Assembly (NCBI GenBank): GCA_016713275.1 | Contig: JADJPL010000028.1 | Location: forward strand, 194,278-258,277 | DNA length: 64,000 nt | Direction of reading: 5' to 3' | DNA from: Haliscomenobacter sp. | GTDB taxonomy: Bacteria; Bacteroidota; Bacteroidia; Chitinophagales; Saprospiraceae | Translations under genes and position numbers: made by a program | In this document: positions 39,147 through 49,246 of the stretch, piece by piece | How the letters are laid out: each line of letters starts with the position of its first letter | How positions within the stretch are numbered: the stretch's first letter is position 1 | The notes under the pieces: model-generated | What the model was told of the DNA's origin: nothing | The model's database searches: none | Seen by the model: the letters and a program-made list of their open reading frames with translations, nothing else

Positions 39147-41054
39147 ATGTCGAAAGGGAATTATACCGAGGATAACATTCGTTCGCTCGATTGGAGAGAG
39201 CACATCCGCCTTCGCCCCGGGATGTATATCGGGAAGCTTGGCGACGGCGCTTCCAGCGACGATGGGATATACGTGCTGATCAAAGAAGTCATCGACAATG
39301 CAGTCGACGAGTTTGTCATGGGCTATGGCCGCGAGATCCTTATTAAAATTGATGACGAAGGCGCCGAAATCCGGGATTTTGGCCGGGGAATTCCCCTCGG
39401 CAAAGTGATTGATTGCGTTTCCAGAATCAATACCGGGGGCAAATACGACTCCAAGGCCTTCAAGAAATCAGTCGGCCTCAACGGGGTCGGAACCAAAGCG
39501 GTCAACGCCTTGTCTTCCTACTTTCTGGTAAAAGCCATTCGCGACGGGGAGATGAAAGTGGCCGAGTTCAAACAGGGCGAACTGATCAAGGACCATAAGA
39601 TCCAAAAGTCCGACGAACCCAACGGCACGGTGGTGCGGTTCCGCCCCGACGATACGGTATTCCGCAATTTCCGCTTCCGGAAGGAACACCTGGAGGCCCA
39701 GCTTTGGAACTATGCCTTTCTGAATGCAGGACTCAAACTCAACTATAACGGCATGGTCATCCAGTCCAAAAACGGACTGCTGGACCTTCTCGACCGCAGG
39801 ACCCGCAACGAAGTCCTGCGGTATCCGATCATTCACATGAAAGGGGAGGATGTGGAAATCGCTATGAGCCACGGCAACCACTACGGGGAACAATACTACT
39901 CCTTCGTCAACGGCCAGAACACCACGCAGGGCGGAACCCATCTGAGCGCCTTCAAAGACGCCGTGGCGAAAACGGTACAGGAGTTCTACAAAAAACTCGA
40001 CCGCAAAGACATCCTGGCTTCCATCGTGGCTGCGGTTTCCATCCGGGTCGAAGAACCGGTGTTCGAATCCCAGACCAAAACCAAGCTGGGCTCCACCCAC
40101 ATGGCCCCGGAAGGGGAAAGCATCCGCACGTTTCTCGGCAATTTCGTCAAAAAACACCTCGACAACTACCTTCATACCCACCCGGATGTCGCCAAGGCTC
40201 TGGAAAAACGAATTCTCCAATCGGAGCGCGAACGCAAAGAAATCGCCGATATCCAGAAACTTGCCAACCAGCGGGCCAAAAAAGCCAACCTCCACAACAA
40301 AAAACTCCGGGATTGCCGCTTGCACTTCTGCGACCCGCCCCGGAAAACAGCCGAAGAACTCCGCCATGCCACCACCCTGTTTATCACCGAGGGGGATTCT
40401 GCCAGCGGCTCCATCACCAAATCGCGCGATGTGCAGACGCAGGCGGTGTTCAGCCTTCGGGGCAAGCCGCTCAACTGTTTCGGACTAACAAAAAAAGTGG
40501 TCTACGAAAACGAGGAATTCAACCTCCTTCAGCACGCCCTGAACATCGAAGATGGGCTGGAGGACCTGCGCTACAACCACATCGTCATCGCCACGGATGC
40601 CGATGTCGATGGAATGCATATCCGCCTCCTGCTCCTCACCTTCTTCCTCCAGTTTTTTCCCGAACTGGTCCGGGCCGGCCACTTGTATATCCTGGATACC
40701 CCGCTCTTCCGCGTTCGGGATAAAAACCAAACCTTTTATTGTTATAGCGAAACGGAAAAGCAAGAGGCGATAAAAAAACTGCGGGGCAAACCGGAAATCA
40801 CCCGGTTTAAAGGGCTTGGTGAAATCTCCCCCAACGAATTTGGCCTGTTCATCGGGGAACAAATCCGTCTGGAACCCGTACTGATCAACGATAGCACCGA
40901 CCTTGACGAAGTACTTGGGTACTACATGGGCAAAAATACCCCTGAACGCCAGGACTTTATCATCGGCAATCTCCGGATCGAAAAGGATACCACCCGGGAG
41001 GAAGAACCGGTGAACGAACCGGCGGCGATGGAGGAAGCCGTTGAGGAGATGTAG
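39147..41054 (+). CDS. parE: DNA topoisomerase IV subunit B
   Basis: GHKL ATPase N-box ([12 protein letters not shown]), Toprim EGDSASGS and DADVDGMHI. 635 aa. A separate, longer gyrB is present at 51963. Confidence 0.85.
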   Translation: MSKGNYTEDNIRSLDWREHIRLRPGMYIGKLGDGASSDDGIYVLIKEVIDNAVDEFVMGYGREILIKIDDEGAEIRDFGRGIPLGKVIDCVSRINTGGKYDSKAFKKSVGLNGVGTKAVNALSSYFLVKAIRDGEMKVAEFKQGELIKDHKIQKSDEPNGTVVRFRPDDTVFRNFRFRKEHLEAQLWNYAFLNAGLKLNYNGMVIQSKNGLLDLLDRRTRNEVLRYPIIHMKGEDVEIAMSHGNHYGEQYYSFVNGQNTTQGGTHLSAFKDAVAKTVQEFYKKLDRKDILASIVAAVSIRVEEPVFESQTKTKLGSTHMAPEGESIRTFLGNFVKKHLDNYLHTHPDVAKALEKRILQSERERKEIADIQKLANQRAKKANLHNKKLRDCRLHFCDPPRKTAEELRHATTLFITEGDSASGSITKSRDVQTQAVFSLRGKPLNCFGLTKKVVYENEEFNLLQHALNIEDGLEDLRYNHIVIATDADVDGMHIRLLLLTFFLQFFPELVRAGHLYILDTPLFRVRDKNQTFYCYSETEKQEAIKKLRGKPEITRFKGLGEISPNEFGLFIGEQIRLEPVLINDSTDLDEVLGYYMGKNTPERQDFIIGNLRIEKDTTREEEPVNEPAAMEEAVEEM

Positions 41055-41109
41055 AGGATGTTGAGGATGTAAAGGATTAATCTACATCCTCTACATCCTT
41101 TACCTCCTC
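41043..41109. repeat. Hairpin of GGATGTARA word repeats spanning the parE stop codon
   Basis: Left arm GAGGAGATGTAGAGGATGTTGAGGATGTAAAGGAT, loop TAAT, right arm CTACATCCTCTACATCCTTTACCTCCTC. The parE stop TAG (41052-41054) lies in the left arm. Confidence 0.85.
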
Positions 41110-41343
41110 TCCCTCGCTCTCCTGCCTTTTTGTCCCTTTCGGGCATTTTTTTCGGCGGCAGGCCGCTTTTTTGTCAGGCGTTTTTTCGTGGCACGGAACT
41201 TGCCTGATCTAATGGACGCGGTTTCTCAGGAATGAATGACACGCTGTCAGAGGGTTTTCTCGTTTCGTATTTCAGGAGATGCTTTTTTAGAGGAACCGAT
41301 TTACCTGCATCCGCCTGGCCATTGCAAACTGATCAATATCATT

Positions 41344-43743
41344 ATGTTCGAAGAATATTTTTCCAACCGGGAATTTGAGGAGGAAGGGGATTTTTTGCCA
41401 ATGCTTTCTATGGACGGGGAGGAGGATTTTAAGCTTCAGAAACCATACCCCGACATGCTGCCTATCCTGGCGTTAAAGAATACGGTGCTGTTTCCCGGGA
41501 TCGTCATTCCGATTACGGTAGGCAGGGATAAGTCTATCCGGGCGATCCAAAAAGCGTACGAAACGACCCGCCTGATCGGGGTTCTTTCGCAACGCGATCT
41601 GGAAGTGGAAAACCCGGGCGCTGAAGACCTGTACGCGGTAGGGTGCGTCGCCAAAGTATTGAAGTTGCTGCGCATGCCGGATGGGACCACTACCGCTATT
41701 TTGCGGGGCCAAAGCCGGTTTCGGCTAGGCGATCTGGTCCAGGACCTTCCCTACATGCAGGGCAAGGTGTATATCCTGGAGCATACTGCTCCCAAGGATC
41801 AGCTGGAATTCGAAGCCTTGATCTCCACGATTCTCGACCTTGCCAAGAAGATCGTGGAACTGTCGCCCAACATCCCGTCGGAAGCGATTGCCATGTTGCG
41901 CAGCATCAACGAGCCGGATTTTCTGCTCAATTTCATCGCCTCCAACCTGGCGGTCAAAATTGAGATGAAACAGTTTGTTCTGGAAATCGACGACCTCAGA
42001 GAAAAAGCCCATTTCATTCTCCGGGAGATGAATACCCAGCTTCAATTGCTGGAACTCAAGGATCAGATTGAAATGAAGGTCAGGGGCGACCTCGAAAAAC
42101 AGCAGCGGGATTACTTCCTGAACCAGCAGCTGAAAACGATCCAGGAAGAACTCGGCCATAACCCGCAAGAGGAAGAGGCCGAATCGCTGGTGGCGCGCGC
42201 CGCGAAGAAAAAATGGCCCGATAACGCCCGCGATCATTTCCAGCGCGAGCTTGGGCGCCTTCGCCGAATGAATCCCCAGGTTGCCGAGTACTCTATGCAG
42301 ATGAGTTACCTCGAACTCATGCTCGACCTCCCCTGGAAAGAGTATACACAGGATAAGTTCAATCTTAAAAAAGTGCGCCGGGTGCTCGATCAGGACCACT
42401 TCGGTCTGGAAAAAGTAAAGGACCGGATTCTGGAGCATCTGGCGGTGCTGCATTTGAAAGGGGACATGAAAGCCCCCATCCTCTGCCTGGTGGGTCCTCC
42501 CGGGGTCGGAAAAACGTCGCTGGGGCGCTCGATCGCCCGAGCGCTCGGACGGAAGTTCGTGCGCATGTCGCTGGGCGGGCTCCACGATGAGAGCGAGATC
42601 CGCGGGCATCGCAAAACCTATATCGGCGCGCTTCCCGGGCGTATCCTGCAATCGCTCAAACGCGGCGGCTCGGGCAACCCGGTCTTCGTACTGGACGAAA
42701 TTGATAAAGTAGGCCGCGACTTTCGGGGAGATCCCTCCTCTGCCCTGCTCGAAGTGCTGGACCCCGAGCAGAATACTACGTTTTACGATAACTACCTCGA
42801 GTTGGAATACGATTTGTCTAAAGTGCTGTTCATTGCCACCGCCAACTCGTTGTCTACCATCCAGCCTGCATTGCTCGACCGGATGGAGATCATCGAGATC
42901 AGCGGATATTCTTTGGAGGAAAAAATCGAGATCGCCAAGCGCCATCTGGTAAGCGAGCAGTTGGAAGAACACGGACTGAAACCCGAACACGCCAAATTCA
43001 GCTCGAAAGTGCTGAAAAAACTGATCCAGGATTATACCCGGGAATCGGGGGTGCGCGCCCTCAGCCGCCAAATTGGGGCTGTCATGCGCCGTATTGCCCG
43101 CGATGTGGCCATGGAAGAACCTTTCGATCCCAATCTGCAACCCGGCGATCTGGAAAAAATCCTGGGCCCGGCAGTGTTCCCGTTTGAGATCTACCAGGAG
43201 GCTCAAGCACCTGGTGTAGCGGTCGGATTGGCCTGGACCAACGTGGGCGGAGAAATCCTGTTCGTCGAATCCAGCCTCAGCAAAGGATCGGGCCGCATGA
43301 CCCTCACCGGCAACCTCGGCGAAGTGATGAAGGAGTCGGCCTCAACCGCCCTGAGTTATATCAAAGCCCATTGCGAGGAGTTGGGTATCGATCAGGAAAA
43401 AGTCGAAAAAAGCGATATTCATATCCATATCCCCGAGGGCGCTATCCCAAAGGACGGCCCCTCTGCGGGAGTTACCATGCTCACCGCGCTCACTTCGTTG
43501 TTCACCGGTAAACCGGTAAAACCGTATATCGCCATGACCGGCGAGATCACCCTCCGGGGCAAAGTGCTTCCGGTGGGTGGGATCAAGGAGAAAATCCTCG
43601 CCGCCAAACGCGCCGGCATGAAGGAGATTATCCTCAGTAAATTCAACCGGAAACACGTAGAAGAAATCAATCCGGGCTACCTCGGCAACCTCCGTTTCCA
43701 CTACGTGGACACCATGAAGGAGGTGATTCAACACGCGGTTTAG
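41344..43743 (+). CDS. lon: ATP-dependent Lon protease
   Basis: LON N-domain ([23 protein letters not shown]), Walker [10 protein letters not shown], catalytic [11 protein letters not shown] and [14 protein letters not shown]. Start at the internal ATG 41344. Confidence 0.92.
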   Translation: MFEEYFSNREFEEEGDFLPMLSMDGEEDFKLQKPYPDMLPILALKNTVLFPGIVIPITVGRDKSIRAIQKAYETTRLIGVLSQRDLEVENPGAEDLYAVGCVAKVLKLLRMPDGTTTAILRGQSRFRLGDLVQDLPYMQGKVYILEHTAPKDQLEFEALISTILDLAKKIVELSPNIPSEAIAMLRSINEPDFLLNFIASNLAVKIEMKQFVLEIDDLREKAHFILREMNTQLQLLELKDQIEMKVRGDLEKQQRDYFLNQQLKTIQEELGHNPQEEEAESLVARAAKKKWPDNARDHFQRELGRLRRMNPQVAEYSMQMSYLELMLDLPWKEYTQDKFNLKKVRRVLDQDHFGLEKVKDRILEHLAVLHLKGDMKAPILCLVGPPGVGKTSLGRSIARALGRKFVRMSLGGLHDESEIRGHRKTYIGALPGRILQSLKRGGSGNPVFVLDEIDKVGRDFRGDPSSALLEVLDPEQNTTFYDNYLELEYDLSKVLFIATANSLSTIQPALLDRMEIIEISGYSLEEKIEIAKRHLVSEQLEEHGLKPEHAKFSSKVLKKLIQDYTRESGVRALSRQIGAVMRRIARDVAMEEPFDPNLQPGDLEKILGPAVFPFEIYQEAQAPGVAVGLAWTNVGGEILFVESSLSKGSGRMTLTGNLGEVMKESASTALSYIKAHCEELGIDQEKVEKSDIHIHIPEGAIPKDGPSAGVTMLTALTSLFTGKPVKPYIAMTGEITLRGKVLPVGGIKEKILAAKRAGMKEIILSKFNRKHVEEINPGYLGNLRFHYVDTMKEVIQHAV

Positions 43744-43750
43744 ACCAGGA

Positions 43751-43988
43751 ACGGTAGACGGTGGACGGTAGACGGTGGACGGTGGACGGTGGACGGTGGA
43801 CGGTGCAAAAAGACCTTTACCGACTGGACCAAACAAAAAAACTGTCTTAATTTAGCAAATTAAGGCCAATCAATTTGTTAAATTAATCCGATTGTCTTTT
43901 TGAATAGCTCCTCCCCGTCCCTCGTCTACCGTCCCTCGTCCCCCGTCTACCGTCCCCCGTCTACCGTACCGTCTACCGTCTACCGTCT
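43751..43988. repeat. Long inverted pair of GGTGGACG / CCGTCYMC word repeats with a ~105 bp unique centre
   Basis: Left arm 43751-43805 is (ACGGTAGACGGTGGACGG...). Right arm 43911-43988 is (CTCCCCGTCCCTCGTCTACCGTCC...). Begins 8 nt after the lon stop and includes the stop codon of the convergent DUF2807-like gene. Confidence 0.85.
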
Positions 43989-44670
43989 AAATCCTGCCTT
44001 GCCGGACTTCCCCTCCGAGGATGCTCTTGACGTATTTGGTTTGGGGATCGCCATGATAAATGATCTCGCCGCCAGTGTTGGCGGAAACTTCCAGGTGCTC
44101 GGTGGCGTGGACTTCGGCCCGGCCACCCGTGTTCGCCCGGACATAGACGCGTTTGGAGGTCAGCCCCGCCCCGAAAAACTGGCCTCCGGTGGCTGCGGTG
44201 CAGTCGAGATTCTCCGAGGCGCCATCGAGATAAAGCTGGCCGCCCTCCATTGCACTGGCTTCCAATGCGTTGGCTTTTACTTTGAGCCGGAGTTGGGCGC
44301 CGCTTCCAGCCCTGGCTTCCAATTGATCTCCCTGTAGTTCGGTGTCGCAACTCACCGACGAGCCGGCATTGGCCCGGATTTCGCGCAGCTTGGTATAGGT
44401 GACGTAGGCTTTGATCACCTCGTTTTTGTACAAAAAGCTGTTCAGCGAAATCAGCCGCAACGTCCCCTGGCTCACTTTGACGGTGATCTCGTCCTGGGGA
44501 ATTCCGTCGATGTAGAGCACTACTTTCTCTTTTTCCCCGGGTTCGAGTATGACCTGGATATTGCCTGAAACCAGAAGAGCGTCGAATGTTTCCACCTGGA
44601 ATTCTTTCTGACTCCACAAAGGATGTACGAAGAAACCCAGGACCGCAGCGATTAAGATGACCTTTTTCAT
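43987..44670 (-). CDS. DUF2807/head GIN domain-like secreted protein
   Basis: 227 aa with a signal peptide and repetitive beta-helix-like pattern (GNIQVILEPGEKEKVVLY.., GSGAQLRLKVKANALEASAMEGGQLYL). Confidence 0.6.
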   Translation of the reverse strand: MKKVILIAAVLGFFVHPLWSQKEFQVETFDALLVSGNIQVILEPGEKEKVVLYIDGIPQDEITVKVSQGTLRLISLNSFLYKNEVIKAYVTYTKLREIRANAGSSVSCDTELQGDQLEARAGSGAQLRLKVKANALEASAMEGGQLYLDGASENLDCTAATGGQFFGAGLTSKRVYVRANTGGRAEVHATEHLEVSANTGGEIIYHGDPQTKYVKSILGGEVRQGRI

Positions 44671-44826
44671 GAATGCATTTTTGAAAAAGATGCTTTTCCT
44701 GGCAGGTTGCCCCTATCCGGTTTCAAAAAATAAGCGTTTTGTTCTGCCTGGCGTTGGTTTTTTTGCGAATTTTGCGCACCGGAGTCTATCCGGCTGTATC
44801 CGGCATTTTGCCCAAAACCCAAACTT

Positions 44827-46389
44827 ATGGCACAACCACCCGCAGATCATTTCAAAAAGCTGATTGCCCATTCCAAAGAATACGGCTTTATCTTTCAGTC
44901 GAGCGAGATCTACGACGGCCTGAGCGCCGTTTACGATTACGGCCCCTATGGCGTGGAGCTCAAAAACAACATCAAAGACTGCTGGTGGGCGGCTATGGTC
45001 CAGATGCACGAAAACATTGTGGGGCTTGATGCAGCGATCTTTATGCACCCGAAAACCTGGAAGGCATCCGGCCACGTCGACGCGTTCAACGATCCGCTCA
45101 TCGACAACAAAGACAGCAATAAGCGGTACCGCGCCGACCAGTTGATCGAAGAATACATCGACAAGCTGGACGAGAAGATCGGTAAAGAAGTAGAAAAAGC
45201 GGCCAAGCGGTTTGGCGACACGTTCGACGAGGAGCTTTTTCGCAATACCAACCCCCGGATCGTGGAATACCGCCAGAAAGCGGAGTCCATTGCCCATCGG
45301 TTAGCTACCTACATGTCGGCCAGCGATATGGCCGCCCTCAAAAACCTGATCGAAGAGCTCGAGATTACCGACCCGGAAAGCGGCTCCCGCAACTGGACCG
45401 ACGTGCGGCAGTTCAACCTCATGTTTTCCACGCAGTTAGGCAATATTGCCGGGGAAGAGGGCAAACTCTACCTTCGCCCCGAAACGGCGCAAGGGATTTT
45501 TGTCAACTTCCTCAACGTGCAGAAGTCTACCCGCCAGAAGATCCCCTTTGGCATCGCGCAGATTGGCAAAGCCTTCCGCAATGAGATCGTTGCCCGGCAA
45601 TTCATCTTCCGGATGCGGGAGTTCGAACAAATGGAAATGCAATTCTTCGTCCGGCCCGGAGAAGAAATGCAATGGTACGAATACTGGAAAAATGCCCGGA
45701 TGCGCTGGCATCTGGCCATGGGAACACCCCAGGAAAAACTTCGCTTCAAAGACCACGACAACCTCGCCCACTATGCCAATGCCGCGGTGGATATCCAGTA
45801 CGAGTTTCCGTTTGGCTTCAAAGAAATGGAAGGGATCCACTCCCGCACCGATTTCGACCTGAGCAGCCACCAGATGCTTTCCGGAAAGAAGCTGCAATAT
45901 TTCGACCCGGAACTCAATGAAAGCTACGTGCCGTACGTGGTGGAAACGTCGGTCGGCGCCGACCGCACCTTCCTGGCCATGCTCAGCCAGTCGCTCGTAG
46001 AAGAAACCGTTCCGGATGCCGAAGGTAACGATTCCACCCGTACCGTCCTGACACTTCACCCCGCTTTGTCGCCGGTGAAAGTGGCGGTGCTCCCTTTTCT
46101 GCACCACAAAGACGAACTGACCAACGCCGCCCGGGATGTGTTCAACTCCCTGAAGTTTTCTTTCCAGTGCCAATACGACGAGCACGACGCCATCGGCCGC
46201 CGCTACCGCCGCCAGGACGCCATCGGCACGCCGTTCTGCGTGACGATCGACTTCGAAACCATCGAAAACAACACCGTGACCATCCGCGAACGCGACACGT
46301 TGCGCCAGGAACGGGTGCCGATCTCCAGGATTGAGGAGGTCGTTCGCCAAAAAGTCGATATCCGGTCTATCTTGTCGGGGCTGTCTTAA
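44827..46389 (+). CDS. glyQS: Glycine--tRNA ligase (homodimeric class II type)
   Basis: N-terminus KKLIAHSKEYGFIFQSSEIYDGLSAVYDYGPYGVELKNNIK and class II motifs (FRNEI.., GADR). 520 aa. Confidence 0.92.
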   Translation: MAQPPADHFKKLIAHSKEYGFIFQSSEIYDGLSAVYDYGPYGVELKNNIKDCWWAAMVQMHENIVGLDAAIFMHPKTWKASGHVDAFNDPLIDNKDSNKRYRADQLIEEYIDKLDEKIGKEVEKAAKRFGDTFDEELFRNTNPRIVEYRQKAESIAHRLATYMSASDMAALKNLIEELEITDPESGSRNWTDVRQFNLMFSTQLGNIAGEEGKLYLRPETAQGIFVNFLNVQKSTRQKIPFGIAQIGKAFRNEIVARQFIFRMREFEQMEMQFFVRPGEEMQWYEYWKNARMRWHLAMGTPQEKLRFKDHDNLAHYANAAVDIQYEFPFGFKEMEGIHSRTDFDLSSHQMLSGKKLQYFDPELNESYVPYVVETSVGADRTFLAMLSQSLVEETVPDAEGNDSTRTVLTLHPALSPVKVAVLPFLHHKDELTNAARDVFNSLKFSFQCQYDEHDAIGRRYRRQDAIGTPFCVTIDFETIENNTVTIRERDTLRQERVPISRIEEVVRQKVDIRSILSGLS

Positions 46390-46532
46390 AAGACGGTTCT
46401 TGCCCAAGGCAGCAAAAAAATAGGTTCTTTTTTCCATTCCAATTAAAAGTTGCAACGCAATTTTTAATTGGAATGGAAAAAAGAACCTAAAATTTCATGC
46501 CGGTGACAAAGAGTGGTCTTTTAAGACAGGCC
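46378..46532. repeat. MITE-like nested palindromic element, copy 3 (opposite orientation)
   Basis: Outer arms GGGCTGTCTTAAAAGACGGTTCTTGCC / GGTCTTTTAAGACAGGCC. Inner palindrome TAGGTTCTTTTTTCCATTCCAATTAAAAGTTGC / GCAATTTTTAATTGGAATGGAAAAAAGAACCTA. The reverse complement of its right flank matches the left flank of copy 1 (..CTTTG..CCGGCATGAAATTTTA..). Confidence 0.9.
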
Positions 46533-46533
46533 A

Positions 46534-48477
46534 CTAGTTGCCTGAAGGCAGAACAAACACCCGTTCCATCGAATTTTTGCCCTCCATGTCGGAAGGGGTG
46601 AGCGTGAATTCCTGGGAGGCGTATTGGGGCTTGCGCACGACGATCCGGTAGGTTTTTTCGCGTTCCAGCAGCACCTGGATACTTCCGTTGAAAAAAGAAT
46701 TGGTGGAAGCGAGTTGCTCGGTTCCTCCGGGTAGCTGGACGAACGCGTCGACCTGGATGCTGGTTATTGGCGCTCCTGAGCTGGCAGCCTGGGCCGAGCC
46801 CAGGAGGGTGAAATACCGCTTGAGGCCGGTGGCGGGGGCTGCTGCACTGGGGCGCGGCGTTGGCTGAGCCGGCGCGGCAGCAGGCTCAACGGCCTCTTTC
46901 TGAGGAACCGTTTTTGCAGGAGGAGGCGTTTTTTGTTTGGGTTGTTTCGCGGCTTTTGCGGGCTTGCTGGTTTCCTTATCTGGCCGGGTGGCTTTGGGGC
47001 CGGTTTCTGCGGTTTCTTCCAGTTCCTTCCAGAGGGAAGCGAGTTCGTCGTCGTCTTCCGTTTCCTCGCCGGCGTCCGCTCCGTTCCACAGGGCCAATTG
47101 TTCCTCCCGGGTCCGCCGGCCAAACGCCAGACTCAGGCCGAGGTTGGCATGGGCATTTTGGGCGTTTTGGAAACTCACGGCGGAGAGGATATTGTCGGAA
47201 GCAAGGAAAATCTGGAGCGGTCCCAGGTTGAGTCCCATTCCGGCGCCCAGGTTAAACGCATTCCGGTTGTAGATGGAATAATTCACCCCGAGTTGGAGGA
47301 GGCGCTTGACCCGGGTCTGAACCCCCAGGGAGAACGCCAGGTCCATTGCTCCGTTGTAGATTCTTGGATTAAAAAGCACGCCAACGGAGGTTTGCGGAGC
47401 GAAATAATAATTAGCGCCGAGATAGCCGTTGGCGGGGAGCTTGGTTCGGTAAGCTGCAAGGCCAATCGTTTCCGGGGTCGTCAGGGAATCCAGGAGGTCT
47501 TCCACTTCCGCCTGGAAGGCATCAAAGTCGTCGGTAGGGAACATATAGTCCGTGCCCATAATGGATTCCACCGTCAGGTCGTTTTTCCAGTTGATACTTC
47601 CCACATTGACTATGCTGGCGAAAACCTCCAGGTTGTCGAGCAACTGGAACTGGGCGCCGGCGTCAAAAGCGAAGCCGCTGTTGCCTCTTCCTTTCAGGTA
47701 GTCGCTGCTGCTGTTCTCCAGGGTGGAATAGCCTGAGCTAAGGAAAGAAAAGCTATTGCGGATGCCGAGATACGCGTTTTGGGTGTTGTTGATAAAAGCG
47801 AGGCCCGTGTTCTCGGTGGCTGCGTTCAAAAATCCAGTGAGCAGTTTGACCCGGGCGCCGGCGGAGAGCCTGGGGTTGATCTGCCGGGTGAAGCTGAACG
47901 CGTAAGCCCGGTAGTGGCTGGCATTCATGTGGAGTCCGCTCAAATCGTAAATCTGGCTGACCGGGCTTCCCAGATCGATATCGTTGAACAGTTCAAACAA
48001 GGTTTTTGGGAAATCGACCTGCGCGAACGCTTGTTCGGACACCGAGAGCCCAAAAAAGTTCTGTTTTACGCGGATTCCAAAGTCAAACCAGTTGGCCTGC
48101 ACATCGACCACCATCCGGTTATCTGCACTTAGCGCGGACAGGAAATCCTCGAAATCGATGCCACTTTCTTCCTCTGCTTCGATAAGCGGTTTCAGGGAGG
48201 AGTAATCAAACCCGTTGTTGCTGTAGTTCAAATTGATATTGCCCACCGCCGGTAAGGCCAGAAACCCGTTGGACCAAGGCATCCGGCCGGGGTTGAGCTG
48301 GTAGGATTGCGGAACGCCCTGAAGGTTGTAGAGGGCCAGGTTCCGCTGAGCGGATAGGGGCAGGTTCAGGCCTACAAGGACCATGGCAGTGACCGCCTGC
48401 AAAACCCAAAGGGTTCGGAAAGGAAAACGATTGGAAATACCGGCCAGGAAAGCGGCCGAGGCAGCAGTTTTTTTCAT
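46534..48477 (-). CDS. Hypothetical outer-membrane protein (DUF5723-like beta-barrel, Pro/Ala/Lys-rich linker, C-terminal carboxypeptidase-regulatory-like domain)
   Basis: 647 aa with a signal peptide, a long beta-strand-patterned region, then a low-complexity linker (PKATRPDKETSKPAKAAKQPKQKTPPPAKT). The family call is from memory only. Confidence 0.5.
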   Translation of the reverse strand: MKKTAASAAFLAGISNRFPFRTLWVLQAVTAMVLVGLNLPLSAQRNLALYNLQGVPQSYQLNPGRMPWSNGFLALPAVGNINLNYSNNGFDYSSLKPLIEAEEESGIDFEDFLSALSADNRMVVDVQANWFDFGIRVKQNFFGLSVSEQAFAQVDFPKTLFELFNDIDLGSPVSQIYDLSGLHMNASHYRAYAFSFTRQINPRLSAGARVKLLTGFLNAATENTGLAFINNTQNAYLGIRNSFSFLSSGYSTLENSSSDYLKGRGNSGFAFDAGAQFQLLDNLEVFASIVNVGSINWKNDLTVESIMGTDYMFPTDDFDAFQAEVEDLLDSLTTPETIGLAAYRTKLPANGYLGANYYFAPQTSVGVLFNPRIYNGAMDLAFSLGVQTRVKRLLQLGVNYSIYNRNAFNLGAGMGLNLGPLQIFLASDNILSAVSFQNAQNAHANLGLSLAFGRRTREEQLALWNGADAGEETEDDDELASLWKELEETAETGPKATRPDKETSKPAKAAKQPKQKTPPPAKTVPQKEAVEPAAAPAQPTPRPSAAAPATGLKRYFTLLGSAQAASSGAPITSIQVDAFVQLPGGTEQLASTNSFFNGSIQVLLEREKTYRIVVRKPQYASQEFTLTPSDMEGKNSMERVFVLPSGN

Positions 48478-48680
48478 TTTCTGTTGGCTTATTAGGATAA
48501 AAAAGATAGACTGGCCTCCGGGATGGAGCGCCGGGCATACGATGCCGTAGATTCAAAAAAGGTGGATGAAGATAGCCTGCGATTGGATAGCCGAATAAAA
48601 ACTAAAAGTACCCGATTTTTTAGAAAAAAACAAGATGTCTGCACGTTGAATTGCCTTGAAAAGAAAAAGGGGTATCTTAA

Positions 48681-49244
48681 ATGCGGATTAAAGCACCTAA
48701 AATGAAAGCCATGGATAAAATGTCGATCATCCAAGCCTTGACCCAGCAACACCGGACGTTCGCCTCCGAGATCATCCAATTGGACCAACCCGTTTTTATG
48801 CGCGCTCCAGAAGGCAAATGGACGGCGGGACAGCAGTTGGATCATATCCTGCGTTCCACCCGCCCTTTGCGCCTGGCTTTCCACCTGCCCAAACCGGCTT
48901 TAAAACTCCTTTTTGGAAAAGCCAACCGCCCCTCCAGAAATTATGATGCAGTGGTGGAAAAGTATTTGTCCAAACTGGAAGCGGGTGGGGTAGCCACCGG
49001 AGTGTTTGTGCCCAAGCCAGTGCATTTCGAACAAAAAGACCGGCTGGCACTTCGCCTGAGCCGAACGATTGCCAGTCTTTGCAAAGGCCTGGGACGATTC
49101 GATGAAAAAGAACTCGACGAGTATATCCTTCCACATCCGTTGCTTGGAAAACTCACCCTCAGGGAAATGCTGTATTTTACCCTGTACCACGTGGAGCATC
49201 ACCGGCAGATTACCCGTAGAAACCTGGAATCCAAGCAGGTCTGA
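48681..49244 (+). CDS. DinB-superfamily (DinB_2-like) metal-binding protein
   Basis: 187 aa with a four-helix pattern and C-terminal YHVEHHRRQ-like motif (LYHVEHHRQI). Start uncertain (Met at 48681 or downstream). Confidence 0.6.
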   Translation: MRIKAPKMKAMDKMSIIQALTQQHRTFASEIIQLDQPVFMRAPEGKWTAGQQLDHILRSTRPLRLAFHLPKPALKLLFGKANRPSRNYDAVVEKYLSKLEAGGVATGVFVPKPVHFEQKDRLALRLSRTIASLCKGLGRFDEKELDEYILPHPLLGKLTLREMLYFTLYHVEHHRQITRRNLESKQV

Positions 49245-49246
49245 GG

